From contig CAVUKB010000005.1 in the NCBI GenBank assembly GCA_963741955.1, positions 512,001-576,000 of the forward strand: a DNA stretch of 64,000 bases, written 5' to 3'. Origin of the DNA: an uncultured Acidobacteriota bacterium (lineage in GTDB: Bacteria > Acidobacteriota > Thermoanaerobaculia > Gp7-AA8). The notes below the pieces were generated by a model that did no database searches, was not told the DNA's origin, and was given only the letters and a program-made list of their open reading frames with translations. Shown in pieces: positions 18,023-31,610 of the stretch. Both the position numbers and the translations under genes were made by a program. Numbering within the stretch: the stretch's first letter is position 1; the number at the start of each line of letters is the position of its first letter.

Positions 18023-18925
18023 ATGAAGCGATGGTGGGGATATCTCAAAGAGACGGTGCACGAATTCTCGAAGGACAAATCACCCCGCCTCGCGGCTGCT
18101 CTCGCCTACTACACCCTCTTCTCCATCGCCCCCCTTCTGGTCATCGCCATTGCGATCGCCGGCTGGGTCTTCGGTCCGGCCGCGGCAGAGGGAAAGATCG
18201 TCGGCGAGCTGTCTCAGTTCCTCGGTCCGCGAGCGGCCTCGGGAATCCAGAACATGATCAAGGGGGCGAGTGACCAGCCGACCCAGGGGCTGATCGGAAC
18301 CATCATCGGCGTGGTCGTCCTCCTGTTCGGCGCATCGGGAGTGGTGACCCATCTGCAGGAGAGTCTCAACGCGATCTGGAACGTCCCCGAGTCGCAGAGC
18401 TCCGGGATCCTCGGGACGATCTGGCGAAGGCTCTGGTCGCTGGCGATGGTGCTCGCGATCGGTTTTCTCCTTCTCGTGTCGCTCCTTCTGAGCGCGGCGA
18501 TCTCTGCGCTCGGAACCTGGTTCCAGCAGGCCGTCGGTGTTCCTCAGTGGGTCTGGTTCATGGCCAACATCGTGATCTCGTTCGGAGTGATCACGCTGCT
18601 TTTCGCGCTCCTCTACAAGGTGATCCCGGAAGCGGATATCGAGTGGAGCGACGTCTGGGGCGGCGCGGTATTCACATCGCTGCTGTTCATCGTGGGAAAG
18701 TTTCTGATCGGGCTTTATCTCGGACAGTCGAGCGTCGCCTCCTCGTACGGCGCGGCCGGCTCGATCGTGATCGTCCTGATCTGGCTTTACTATTCGGGCC
18801 TGATCCTCTTCTTCGGCGCGGAGTTCACCGAGGTATGGGCGCGGCACCGGCACGGCCTCGGCTCCAGGGAGGAACGGGGATTGTCAGGGCTCGGGCGCGC
18901 AACTCCGGGGCCGCCACGGCGCTGA
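18023..18925 (+). CDS. YihY/BrkB family membrane protein
   Basis: LAAALAYYTLFSIAPLL, SSYGAAGSIVIVLIWLYYS..I.FFGAE; AGGAGG RBS. Confidence 0.92.
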   Translation: MKRWWGYLKETVHEFSKDKSPRLAAALAYYTLFSIAPLLVIAIAIAGWVFGPAAAEGKIVGELSQFLGPRAASGIQNMIKGASDQPTQGLIGTIIGVVVLLFGASGVVTHLQESLNAIWNVPESQSSGILGTIWRRLWSLAMVLAIGFLLLVSLLLSAAISALGTWFQQAVGVPQWVWFMANIVISFGVITLLFALLYKVIPEADIEWSDVWGGAVFTSLLFIVGKFLIGLYLGQSSVASSYGAAGSIVIVLIWLYYSGLILFFGAEFTEVWARHRHGLGSREERGLSGLGRATPGPPRR

Positions 18926-19085
18926 CCCCGACGGCTTTCCCCGTCGGTCTTCCACACCCCCGAAGCGCTGTCATCCTCTTCGTATGCACGCTCTCTCCGG
19001 CGCCGCATTTCCGGATGATTCGGAATTTTCGCTCGCCTCCCGTTTCGGAATAGATCAGTCTCGTCTGTTATTTTGACGTTCGACG

Positions 19086-19916
19086 ATGATGGGTCTTCGG
19101 TCCTCCCACCACCGCCGAAGCAGAGAATCGGTTTCTTCACGCTCTCGCGTGGTTCCGCGAAGCTTCAGGCGGTTTCATGCGCCCCTCGCTGCAGCTGGGG
19201 TCGCTGCGGTTCTCGTGACCGCGGCGCCTCTTCTCGTGGCTGCCCCGGCCCCGGGGAGTCGATCCGCCGATGCTGCCACGCAGGTCTCGAGCTCCCTCGT
19301 CGAGAGGCTGGTTCGTCAGGCTCCCGGTCTGAAGCCGGAAGTACTCCGCCTCGCCCTCGAGTCCGCGGGAAGAGCGGCGGAGAGGGGGCTGGTCCGGCGT
19401 ACCGACCTTCTGACGGTGATCGACTATTCGATCCCATCCACGAAGCCGCGTCTCTTCGTCTTCGACCTCTCCTCCCGCAAGCTTCTGTTCCGGGAACTGG
19501 TCGCTCATGGGAAGAACAGCGGAGGGAACGTTCCGACGCAGTTCTCCAATCGTTCCGGAAGTCTCGAATCGAGCCTCGGACTGTTCGTGACGGATTCGCC
19601 CTACTACGGGAAGAACGGTTATTCGCTTCGTCTCGACGGGTTGGAAGAGGGCGTCAACGATCGCGCGCGCTCCCGCGCCATCGTGGTTCACGGAGCGTCC
19701 TATGTGAGCAAATCCACCTCGCGCGCCATCGGCCGGCTCGGAAGAAGCTGGGGATGTCCCGCGGTCCGCACCAGCGTGGCCCGGAAGCTGATCGATACTC
19801 TGAAAGGCGGCTCTCCGATCTTCGCGTACTATCCGGATCACGACTGGCTGGCCTCTTCGCGATTCCTCGATCGCGATGGAGCCACGGTCAGCACCTTTCT
19901 CGCCGCGGCGCGTTGA
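19086..19916 (+). CDS. Murein L,D-transpeptidase catalytic domain protein (YkuD_2-type)
   Basis: IDYSIPS..PRLFVFDL, VAHGKNSG, FSN..GSLESSLG, RAIVVHGA and LGRSWGCPAV. Start uncertain. Confidence 0.88.
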   Translation: MMGLRSSHHRRSRESVSSRSRVVPRSFRRFHAPLAAAGVAAVLVTAAPLLVAAPAPGSRSADAATQVSSSLVERLVRQAPGLKPEVLRLALESAGRAAERGLVRRTDLLTVIDYSIPSTKPRLFVFDLSSRKLLFRELVAHGKNSGGNVPTQFSNRSGSLESSLGLFVTDSPYYGKNGYSLRLDGLEEGVNDRARSRAIVVHGASYVSKSTSRAIGRLGRSWGCPAVRTSVARKLIDTLKGGSPIFAYYPDHDWLASSRFLDRDGATVSTFLAAAR

Positions 19917-20163
19917 CCCGGCGACGGTCTCCTCCGCCACCCTCCCGACTCGGAAAGTCGCGTACGCACCGAATCACCAAACGCCGAAATCCGTCCGAGG
20001 ATCGTGTCGACCGCGATCAGGAGCGAGAGTGCGGACTCCCGCGGGGCGAACCCGGCCCGTCGCAGCCGCGAGAAGCGATGCCCCTGGCGGTACACTACGT
20101 GCAGGATGCCCGGCATCGTCGTTGCTCGACCGAGCAACGACTACACTGCCTGACGGAGCCCGA

Positions 20164-20775
20164 ATGCAGGACCCTCGCGACTATCACTTCGCTCTTCCTC
20201 CCTGGTACGGACCGGCGCCTGACGAACCTCCCGCAGAGCCGTATCCCGGGGTCGACGCGGTCCTTCCGTACTGCACCAGTTCCCGTGACGAACACTACGA
20301 TGGAATCATCCGCGCAATCGTCATCCACGCGACGGCCGAACCGAATTCCGAAATCTCGATGGGCGCGATGTTCTCCCACCGGGCGAGCTTTCACTGGCTC
20401 GTGCCCGGCCCGCGGGAAGCCGAGCATGGCCGCTTTTCCTGGAGGTGCGTCCCCGAGAATCTCGCGGCATGGCACGTCCGGAACAGCCGCAGCCATCCCG
20501 AGCTCTGGAACGGTCATCGATTCGTGAACTCATGGAGCATCGGAATCGAGGTCGTGAATATCCAGGACGGCGTCGAACCGTTCACCGAGTGGCAGGTGGA
20601 GCAGACCGCGGCTCTGGTACGCAGCGCGTGGAGCCGCCACCCGCAGATCCACGACGTGATCAGCCACGCGCGCCTCGATCCCGAGCGAAGAACCGATCCG
20701 GGGCCACAGTTCCCGTGGGACCGCTTCCGCGATCTCGTGCTCGCCAGAGACGAGGAGGAGATCGCGAACGCCTGA
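20164..20775 (+). CDS. N-acetylmuramoyl-L-alanine amidase (Amidase_2/AmpD-like)
   Basis: IVIHAT, ASFHWLV, AWHV, NSWSIGIEVVN and SHARLDPERRTDPG. Confidence 0.88.
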   Translation: MQDPRDYHFALPPWYGPAPDEPPAEPYPGVDAVLPYCTSSRDEHYDGIIRAIVIHATAEPNSEISMGAMFSHRASFHWLVPGPREAEHGRFSWRCVPENLAAWHVRNSRSHPELWNGHRFVNSWSIGIEVVNIQDGVEPFTEWQVEQTAALVRSAWSRHPQIHDVISHARLDPERRTDPGPQFPWDRFRDLVLARDEEEIANA

Positions 20776-20820
20776 TATCATGAGGGCCGGCACCCCGGAA
20801 TATCATCGCGCGAGGCAACG

Positions 20821-21465
20821 ATGACAGTCCGTCCGACATCCGAATCCGCATCGTCGATCCCGACCCTCTCGCTGAGTGCTCTTTTCGCGGCGCTCCCCGA
20901 TTTCGCCCTCGCAGGGACATTTCTCATCACCTGGATCCGCCCGGAGACGTTCGGAGTGGAGCTCGTGGGGCGACTGGTGACGCTGCTTCTCCTCGAGTTC
21001 ATCACCATCCATTCGGCGGCGTTCATGGGAATGGCGATGATGAGCCGCCGAGCCTCGCGAACCAAACGGGTCGGCGGCATTCTCTTTCTGACCGCCTTCT
21101 ATTCGCTCTTCGCCGGTGCGTTCTCGTTTTTTGCTCGTTCGTGGTGGCCGATTCTCAGCTTCTGGGGGCTGGTGGGAAATCGCCTCCTGCAGGTTCTGAT
21201 CGGACGGGTTCCGGAAGGGCGGGAGCAGGACGCGGTCATTGCAGGATGGGGGATCACCGGTGCTCTCTACGTCATCTGCGTATTCATCGTGACCATCGCC
21301 CCGATTCCCTCGCTCGGGGTCTCCCCGTCGGTGGTCGCCGCGCAGCATTTCTCCGCGACCGGGATTTGGATCGAACAGCCGTGGCGACCGCTCGCGGGCG
21401 GATTTCTCTACTATCTCCTGGTCGGCTGGAGTGAACTGAAGATGCAGCGCTTCAACGCGGCGTGA
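20821..21465 (+). CDS. Hypothetical multi-pass membrane protein
   Basis: About 6 hydrophobic segments in 214 aa. Confidence 0.8.
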   Translation: MTVRPTSESASSIPTLSLSALFAALPDFALAGTFLITWIRPETFGVELVGRLVTLLLLEFITIHSAAFMGMAMMSRRASRTKRVGGILFLTAFYSLFAGAFSFFARSWWPILSFWGLVGNRLLQVLIGRVPEGREQDAVIAGWGITGALYVICVFIVTIAPIPSLGVSPSVVAAQHFSATGIWIEQPWRPLAGGFLYYLLVGWSELKMQRFNAA

Positions 21466-21483
21466 GGAACCGTTCGGCAAAGC

Positions 21484-21511
21484 AAAAGGCCACGGGATCC
21501 CGTGGCCTTTC
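21484..21511. terminator. Bidirectional intrinsic terminator
   Basis: AAAAGGCCACGGGATCCCGTGGCCTTTC between convergent genes. Confidence 0.75.
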
Positions 21512-21545
21512 TGAGCTCCGCACTCGGGCGATCCGAGTGACGATC

Positions 21546-22973
21546 TTACTGTTCGACTTCTGATCCTAGCGCGCGCCGCAGGGCGAGCGCCAGCGCTCCG
21601 CCACCCGACGCGCTCTGCTCGGCAGCACGGGTCTCCTGAACGTACTTCTGGTAATCGCGGTGCGACGCCTCGTCCTTCGCCGCTTCGTGGCTGAGACTGA
21701 TGCGACGCCGGTTGGTGTCGAGCGAGAGGATCTTCACCGAGAGCTTCTGTCCCGGCTGGTGGACCCGCGAAGCATCGCTTCCGGGCGGAATGGAGAGCTC
21801 GGAGTTCGGGATCAGGCCGGTCAGGCCCGGTTCCAGCTCGACGAATACGCCGGGACCACCCGCACGCTCGACCGTTCCTTCGATGACTTTGCCGTAGTGA
21901 TAGCGGCTCTCGATGTTCTCCCACGGATCATTCACCGCGACTTCGCGCATGGCCAGAGATATCCGGCGGCGGTCGGCGTCGACCTCGCGGATCCAGCCGC
22001 GGATGACGGAACCAGCGGCGACGGAGGGGTCGTCCATCTTCATTCCGAGAGGAAGCTGGGAAACGTGCACCAGGCCATCGATGCCCGGCTCGAGCTCGAC
22101 GAAGAATCCGAATTCCGTGCTGCGAGCGACCGTACCGGTAAACGGCTCGCCTGGAACGAAGCGCTCCGCCACCGATTCCCATGGATCCGGCTCGAGATCC
22201 TTCATGGAGAGCGAGATTCGCTTTCCGTTGTTCTCGATCTTGATCACTTTGACGGTGACTTCCTGGCCGGCTGTTACGACCTCGTTCGGGTCGTTGACGC
22301 GGCGGCGGCTCAACTCGGAGACGTGGACGAGCCCTTCGAGCCCGCCGAGGTCGACGAACGCACCGAACGGAACGATGTTCTTGATCCGACCGGTCAGCTC
22401 CGCCCCGATCTCCAACCGCTCCCGCACTTCGTCGGCGCGCGCTGCGGCTTCTTCCTTCATCAGCTGAGCGCGGGAGACGACGAATTTCCGTCCGTTCTCC
22501 GAATACTCGGTGATCCGGAACTCGAAGGTCTTCCCGACGAACGAGTCAGGATCTTCGATTTTTCCGAGGGCGATCTGGGAGAGCGGACAGAAGGCGCGGT
22601 TGCCGTTGACGTTCACGTCGAAGCCGCCCTTGTTTCGTCCGCTGACTTTCCCTTCGACTGCCAGGCGATTCTCGAAAGCCCCGCGCAGCGCCTCGGCAGT
22701 CGCCTGCCGGATCAGCATCTGCCGCGAGAGCCGAACCATGGCTCCAGTCTGGATGACGGTCGCCTCGACCTCGTCTCCGACATCCACTCCTTCTTCGAGC
22801 TCTGAAACGGCGATCACCGCCTCGGTCGGCCCACCAAAAGCCACGTATGCGTCGTCACCCGAGATGGAAACGATGGAGCCCTTCAGTACGTCGCCCTGCT
22901 GGGGCTGATTGAAGTTGAGGCTGGCTTCCAGTGCTTCCGCGAAGTTCTCGGCGTGATCTCTAGATTGATCCAT
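21546..22973 (-). CDS. Multi-S1-domain RNA-binding protein (ribosomal protein S1-like, ~5 S1 domains)
   Basis: Repeated S1 motifs (FGAFVDLGGLEGLVHVSELS, FGFFVELEPGIDGLVHVSQL, GVFVELEPGLTGLIPNSEL), each followed by RISLS/RISLA. Confidence 0.88.
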   Translation of the reverse strand: MDQSRDHAENFAEALEASLNFNQPQQGDVLKGSIVSISGDDAYVAFGGPTEAVIAVSELEEGVDVGDEVEATVIQTGAMVRLSRQMLIRQATAEALRGAFENRLAVEGKVSGRNKGGFDVNVNGNRAFCPLSQIALGKIEDPDSFVGKTFEFRITEYSENGRKFVVSRAQLMKEEAAARADEVRERLEIGAELTGRIKNIVPFGAFVDLGGLEGLVHVSELSRRRVNDPNEVVTAGQEVTVKVIKIENNGKRISLSMKDLEPDPWESVAERFVPGEPFTGTVARSTEFGFFVELEPGIDGLVHVSQLPLGMKMDDPSVAAGSVIRGWIREVDADRRRISLAMREVAVNDPWENIESRYHYGKVIEGTVERAGGPGVFVELEPGLTGLIPNSELSIPPGSDASRVHQPGQKLSVKILSLDTNRRRISLSHEAAKDEASHRDYQKYVQETRAAEQSASGGGALALALRRALGSEVEQ

Positions 22974-23218
22974 GTATGAAACCTTCTTCTCTGTTCTTGG
23001 ATTTTTCGCTCGGTCCCTGAGATCGGGATGGGGTGCGTAGTGTACCCGAAAACCGGGCGAGAGGAAACGGCGCTAGCCAGTGACCTCAACGCCACGAAAG
23101 CATCGATGATTCCGTCTCCGGGATCAGCGTCATCGGTCACGCTGACCTGTGACGACGCGGCAACAAATTTCCTCCCTCTCAGCGCGTAGAATCGCGAAGA
23201 CTTCGGGAGGTCAGAACG

Positions 23219-25138
23219 ATGAAGAGACTCGTCATTTCCACTTTCGCGCTCCTGTTCGTCGTGACGCTCGCACCTGCTCAGGTGCCCGAGAGTATCGTCA
23301 CGCGCAATGTCCCCGAGATTTCACCGACCCTCGCACAGAACGTCGTCCCCTACCTCGAGTACCGATCCGCGTCGTTCCGCGACTGGCATCCGACCCGCCG
23401 GGAGATGCTCATCTCGACACGATTCGCCGACACACCTCAGATCCATCTCCTCCGCACACCTCTCGGCGCACGGCGCCAGCTCACGTTCTACGCAGACCGG
23501 GTCGGAGGAGCGGTCTACCAGCCGAAATCCGGCGACTACTTCGTCTTTTCGAAAGACACCGGCGGCGGTGAGTTCTACCAGATCTACCGGTACGATCTCC
23601 ACTCCGGCCAGGTCACGCTCCTGACGGACGGAAAATCGCGGAACGGGATCAACCGCTTCTCCCGCGACGGGAAGTGGCTCGCCTACGCTTCGACCCGCCG
23701 CAACGGTCGCGATTCCGACATCCGGCTGATCGATCCGGTTCACCCCGAGACCGACCGGATGTTCCTGCAGCTCGAAGGAGGCGGCTGGGGCGTCGCCGAT
23801 TTCTCCCCGGACGGGACGAAGCTCGCCGTCGGCAAGTACATCTCGGCGAATCAGAGCGTGCTTTACCTCGCAGACTTCGCGACCGGAAAGCTCGAGCGCC
23901 TCACGCCGGAAGGGAAAGTCCTCTATGGCGGCGCGCGCTTCTCTGCCGACGGAAAGTCGATCTTCCTCACCACCGACGCATCGTCGGAGTTCTCGCAACT
24001 CGCCCGCCTCGATCTGGCTACTCGCCGGTTCACGCCTCTGACTCCAAACCTCCAGTGGGATGTGGACGAGTTCGAGCTCTCGCCCGACGGAAGCCGCCTT
24101 GCGTTCGTGACGAACGAGGATGGTGTCGGCGTGCTGCACATGCTCGACACGCAAAGCGGTCACGAGGTGCCTGCACCGCGGCTTCCGATCGGCACGGTCC
24201 GCGGCCTCTCCTGGCATCCGGCCGGGAACGATCTTGCCTTCACTCTCACTTCCGCGAAATCTCCCTCCGACGTTTTCTCGGTCGAGGTTTCATCCGGAAA
24301 ACTCGAACGATGGACCTCCAGTGAGACCGGAGGGCTCGACACGAGCCGGAACGTCGAACCGGAGCTGGTCCACATGAAGAGCTTCGACGGCGTCGAGATC
24401 TCGGCATTCGTCTACCGCCCGGATCCTGCGAAGTTCCCCGGTGCCCGTCCCGCGATCATCAGCATTCACGGAGGCCCGGAGGGGCAGTATCAGCCCGGAT
24501 TCCTCGGGCGGAACAACTACTTCCTGAACGAGATGGGGATCGCGCTGGTCTACCCGAACGTGCGTGGGTCGAGCGGATACGGGAAGACGTATCTGACTCT
24601 CGACAACGGTTTCAAGCGCGAGGACTCCGTGCGCGACATCGGCACGGTCATCGACTGGGCCAGGACCGATCCGAAGCTCGACGGCGCCAGGATCGCGGTG
24701 ATGGGAGGGAGCTACGGAGGCTACATGACTCTCGCCAGCCTCACTCACTACAGCGACAGGCTCCGCGCCGGCGTCGACGTGGTCGGAATCTCGAACTTCG
24801 TAACGTTCCTCAAGAACACCCAGGATTACCGGCGTGACCTGCGCCGCGTCGAGTACGGCGACGAGCGCGAACCGAAAATGAACGAGTTCCTCCAGAAAGT
24901 CTCACCGTTGACGAACGTGGCGAAGATCCGTGTTCCTCTGATGGTGGTCCAGGGATTCAACGATCCCCGTGTCCCCTACACCGAGTCCGAGCAGATCGTG
25001 AAGGCGGTCGGCGAGAGCGGCCTGCCGGTCTGGTACATCATGGCGAAGGACGAGGGACACGGCTTCGGCAAGAAGGTCAACGCCGACTACCAGTTCCTCG
25101 CGACGATCGCGTTCCTCCAGGAACACCTGCTGAAGTAG
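23219..25138 (+). CDS. Secreted S9 family peptidase (TolB-like propeller plus prolyl oligopeptidase domain)
   Basis: Signal peptide; SPDG repeats; HGGPE, PNVRGSSGYG, GGSYGG nucleophile, DPRVP and DEGHGF. Confidence 0.93.
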   Translation: MKRLVISTFALLFVVTLAPAQVPESIVTRNVPEISPTLAQNVVPYLEYRSASFRDWHPTRREMLISTRFADTPQIHLLRTPLGARRQLTFYADRVGGAVYQPKSGDYFVFSKDTGGGEFYQIYRYDLHSGQVTLLTDGKSRNGINRFSRDGKWLAYASTRRNGRDSDIRLIDPVHPETDRMFLQLEGGGWGVADFSPDGTKLAVGKYISANQSVLYLADFATGKLERLTPEGKVLYGGARFSADGKSIFLTTDASSEFSQLARLDLATRRFTPLTPNLQWDVDEFELSPDGSRLAFVTNEDGVGVLHMLDTQSGHEVPAPRLPIGTVRGLSWHPAGNDLAFTLTSAKSPSDVFSVEVSSGKLERWTSSETGGLDTSRNVEPELVHMKSFDGVEISAFVYRPDPAKFPGARPAIISIHGGPEGQYQPGFLGRNNYFLNEMGIALVYPNVRGSSGYGKTYLTLDNGFKREDSVRDIGTVIDWARTDPKLDGARIAVMGGSYGGYMTLASLTHYSDRLRAGVDVVGISNFVTFLKNTQDYRRDLRRVEYGDEREPKMNEFLQKVSPLTNVAKIRVPLMVVQGFNDPRVPYTESEQIVKAVGESGLPVWYIMAKDEGHGFGKKVNADYQFLATIAFLQEHLLK

Positions 25139-25164
25139 ATGGAAGGAAGGGACGAATCCGCGAG

Positions 25165-27680
25165 GTAGTGGGTTGGACGTCTCGTCCGATGCAGGGTGGC
25201 GTCCCGCGCCGCCCTGCTACCGGGCGAGTTACGATGATCCTCCCCAGAGCGGAGACACGAACGCACCACAGCGCGAGAGGAACGATTCGCGTGTCGTTGA
25301 CGCCATCGCTCCCCGGCACGATGCCGGGGAGCCTCGCGCGGGACGCGCGACCCACTTGTGGGTTGGACGTCTCGTCCGATGCCCAGTGGGTTGGACGTCT
25401 CGTCCGATGCCCAGTGGGTTGGACGTCTCGTCCGATGCAGGGCGGCGTCCCGCGCCGCCCTGCTCCCGGCCAAGTCACGATGATCCTCCCCAGAGCGGAG
25501 ACACGAACTCACCGCCGCGCGAGAGGAACGATCTGCGTTTCTTTGACGCCATCGCTCCCCGGCAAGATGCCGGGGAGCCTCGCGCGAGACGCGCGACCCA
25601 CTTGTGCGTTGGACGTCTCGTCCGATGCCCAGTGGGTTGGACGTCTCGTCCGATGCAGGTGGCGTCCCGCGCCGCCCTGCTCCCGGCCAAGTCACGATGA
25701 TCCTCCCCAGAGCGGAGACACGAACTCACCGCCGCGCGAGAGGAACGATCTGCGTTTCTTTGACGCCATCGCTCCCCGGCAAGATGCCGGGGAGCCTCGC
25801 GCGAGACGCGCGACCCACTTGTGCGTTGGACGTCTCGTCCGATGCCCAGTGGGTTGGACGTCTCGTCCGATGCAGGTGGCGTCCCGCGCCGCCCTGCTCC
25901 CGGGCGAGTTACGATGATCCTCCCCAGAGCGGAGGCACGAACTCCCCACAGCGCGAGAGGATCGATTCGCGTGTCGTTGACGCCATCGCTCCCCGGCAAG
26001 ATGCCGGGGCGCCTCGCGCGAGACGCGCGACCCACTTGTGGGTTGGACGTCCCGTCCGATGCCCAGTGGGTTGGACGTCTCGTCCGATGCAGGGCGGCGT
26101 CTCGCGCCGCCCTGCTCCCGGGCGAGTTACGATGATCCTCCCCAGGGCGGAGACACGAACTCCCCACAGCGCGAGAGGACCGATTCGCGTGTCGTTGACG
26201 CCATCGCTCCCCGGCACGATGCCGGGGAGCCTCGCGCGGGACGCGCGACCCACTTGTGGGTTGGACGTCTCGTCCGATGCAGAGAGGCGTCCCGCGCCGC
26301 CCTGCTCCCGGGCGAGTTACGATGATCCTCCCCAGGGCGGAGACACGAACTCCCCACAGCGCGAGAGGACCGATTCGCGTGTCGTTGACGCCATCGCTCC
26401 CCGGCACGATGCCGGGGAGCCTCGCGCGGGACGCGCGACCCACTTGTGGGTTGGACGTCTCGTCCGATGCAGGGCGGCGTCCCGCGCCGCCCTGCTCCCG
26501 GCCAAGTCACGATGATCCTCCCCAGAGCGGAGACACGAACTCCCCACAGCGCGAGAGGATCGATTCGCGTGTCGTTGACGCCATCGCTCCCCGGCAAGAT
26601 GCCGCGGAGCCTCGCGCGGGACGCGCGACCCACTTGTGGGTTGGACGTCTCGTCCGATGCAGGGCGGCGTCTCGCGCCGCCCTGCTCCCGGCCGAGTTAC
26701 GATGATCCTCCCCAGAGCGGAGACACGAACTCCCCACAGCGCGAGAGGATCGATTCTCGTGTCGTTGACGCCATCGCTCCCCGGCACGATGCCGGGGAGC
26801 CTCGCGCGGGACGCGCGACCCACTTGTGGGTTGAACGTCCCGTCCGATGCAGGGTGGCGTCCCGCGCCGCCCTGCTACCGGGCGAGTTACGATGATCCTC
26901 CCCAGAGCGGAGACACGAACTCCCCACAGCGTGAGAGGATCGATTCGCGTGTCGTTGACGCCATCGCTCCCCGGCACGATGCCGGGGAGCCTCGCGCGGG
27001 ACGCGCGACCCACTTGTGGGTTGGACGTCCCGTCCGATGCCCAGTGGGTTGGACGTCTCGTCCGATGCAGGGAGGCGTCCCGCGCCGCCCTGCTACCGGG
27101 CGAGTTACGATGATCCTCCCCAGAGCGGAGACACGACTCCCCCCACAGCGCGAGAGGAACGATTCGCGTGTCGTTGACGCCATCGCTCCCCGGCACGATG
27201 CCGGGGAGCCTCGCGCGAGACGCGCGACCCACTTGTGGGTTGGACGTCTCGTCCGATGCAGGGCGGCGTCTCGCGCCGCCCTGCTCCCGGGCGAGTTACG
27301 ATAATCCTCCCCAGGGCGGAGACACGGACTCCTCACAGCGCGAGAGGATCGATTCGCGTGTCGTTGACGCCATCGCTCCCCGGCACGATGCCGGGGAGCC
27401 TCGCGCGGGACGCGCGACCCACTTGTGGGTTGGACGTCCCGTCCGATGCCCAGTGGGTTGGACGTCTCGTCCGATGCAGGGTGGCGTCCCGCGCCGCCCT
27501 GCTACCGGGCGAGTTACGATGATCCTCCCCAGAGCGGAGACACGAACTCACCGCCGCGCGAGAGGAACGATCTGCGTTTCTTTGACGCCATCGCTCCCCG
27601 GCACGATGCCGGGGAGCCTCGCGCGAGACGCGCGACCCACTTACGCGCGACCCACTTACGCGCGACCCACTTGTGGGTTG
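25165..27680. repeat. Tandem array 2 of REP/BIME-like composite units (12 units, period ~190/218/246 bp)
   Basis: TTGACGCCATCGCTCCCCGGC recurs at 25297, 25543, 25760, 25977, 26195, 26385, 26575, 26765, 26955, 27174, 27364 and 27582; same hairpin modules as array 1. Confidence 0.95.
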
Positions 27681-27695
27681 CGCGCCGAGCAGCGA

Positions 27696-30536
<2,841 letters not shown>

Positions 30537-30710
30537 GGCCCTTCCTGAACTGAAGATTGATCCGCGTGGAGATCGGGAGATCGGAGGGCGAACGAATCGC
30601 ACACTCCTGTGGAGTTGCGGGGATCATCTTATGCGCCACCCCGGAGGCGGTCAAGACGAGTCGCACGCACGTTACACTGACGAAACATCGATGAAGCGAG
30701 GAGGTACACG

Positions 30711-31610
30711 ATGAAGATCAGAACGACACCGATCGGGCCGCGCGGAGCGGCGCTCGCGGCTCTGGCCGCTCTCTTCATCGCGTCCGCTTGCGCGAGAAAC
30801 GAGTCGGTACCACCCGGGGAGGCGAACACGACCACGGTGGTCACCGAGTCGCCCACCCCGCGGATCACCGTCTCCGCTCCGACTGGCGCTTCGCCCGCGG
30901 CCGCGCCTGCCGCAGAGGGCCAGAGCAACGTCCGTCTCAACCGTCCCGCCGCCGGATCGGCCGTGACCGAAAATCCGATGACCGTCGAGGGTGAAGCTCG
31001 GACCTTCGAGAACGCCGTTACGATCCGGCTCCTCGATCAGCAGCAGCGTCTGATCTCCGAGACCCACGCGGTGGCAGAAGGCGAGATGGGCTCGTTCAAT
31101 CCTTTCTCGGCGCGGGTCTGGATTACGCGATGGCCCGGGACGTCGATGACCGTCGAAGCCCTCGAGATCTCTCCCAAAGACGGCAGCGTACGTTCCCGCG
31201 CCACGGCCGCGGTGCGCATCGCTCTGCCACAGGAGAAGGTGAAGCTCTATATGCCGAACAGCCGGATGGCGCCAACGGACTGTGACCAGGTGTTCCCTCT
31301 GGAGCGGGAGTTTCCGAAGACGGCGGCGATCGGACGCGTCGCGCTGGAGGCACTGATGAGCGGTCCGACCCCGGCGGAAAAGGCGGAGGGGTACTCGAAT
31401 CCGTTTCCTCCCGGAAGCGCAGTGGAGTCGCTGGAGATCGCGAACGGAGTGGCGATTGTCGACTTCAACGAGCGCCTGAAGAACGTCGGCGGATCGTGCC
31501 GGGCGCAGGCGATCCGGGCCGCGGTGGAAAACACTCTTCGGGCGATGCATACCGTCGACCGAGTCGAGATCCGCGCCGGCGGGAGCGAAGCGGAAGCGCT
31601 GCAGCCGTAG
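30711..31610 (+). CDS. Lipoprotein with Gmad2 Ig-like and GerMN domains
   Basis: Lipobox IASAC; VEGEARTFEN; ALEALMSGPT.AEKAEG; GGSCRAQAIRAAVENTL. Confidence 0.82.
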   Translation: MKIRTTPIGPRGAALAALAALFIASACARNESVPPGEANTTTVVTESPTPRITVSAPTGASPAAAPAAEGQSNVRLNRPAAGSAVTENPMTVEGEARTFENAVTIRLLDQQQRLISETHAVAEGEMGSFNPFSARVWITRWPGTSMTVEALEISPKDGSVRSRATAAVRIALPQEKVKLYMPNSRMAPTDCDQVFPLEREFPKTAAIGRVALEALMSGPTPAEKAEGYSNPFPPGSAVESLEIANGVAIVDFNERLKNVGGSCRAQAIRAAVENTLRAMHTVDRVEIRAGGSEAEALQP

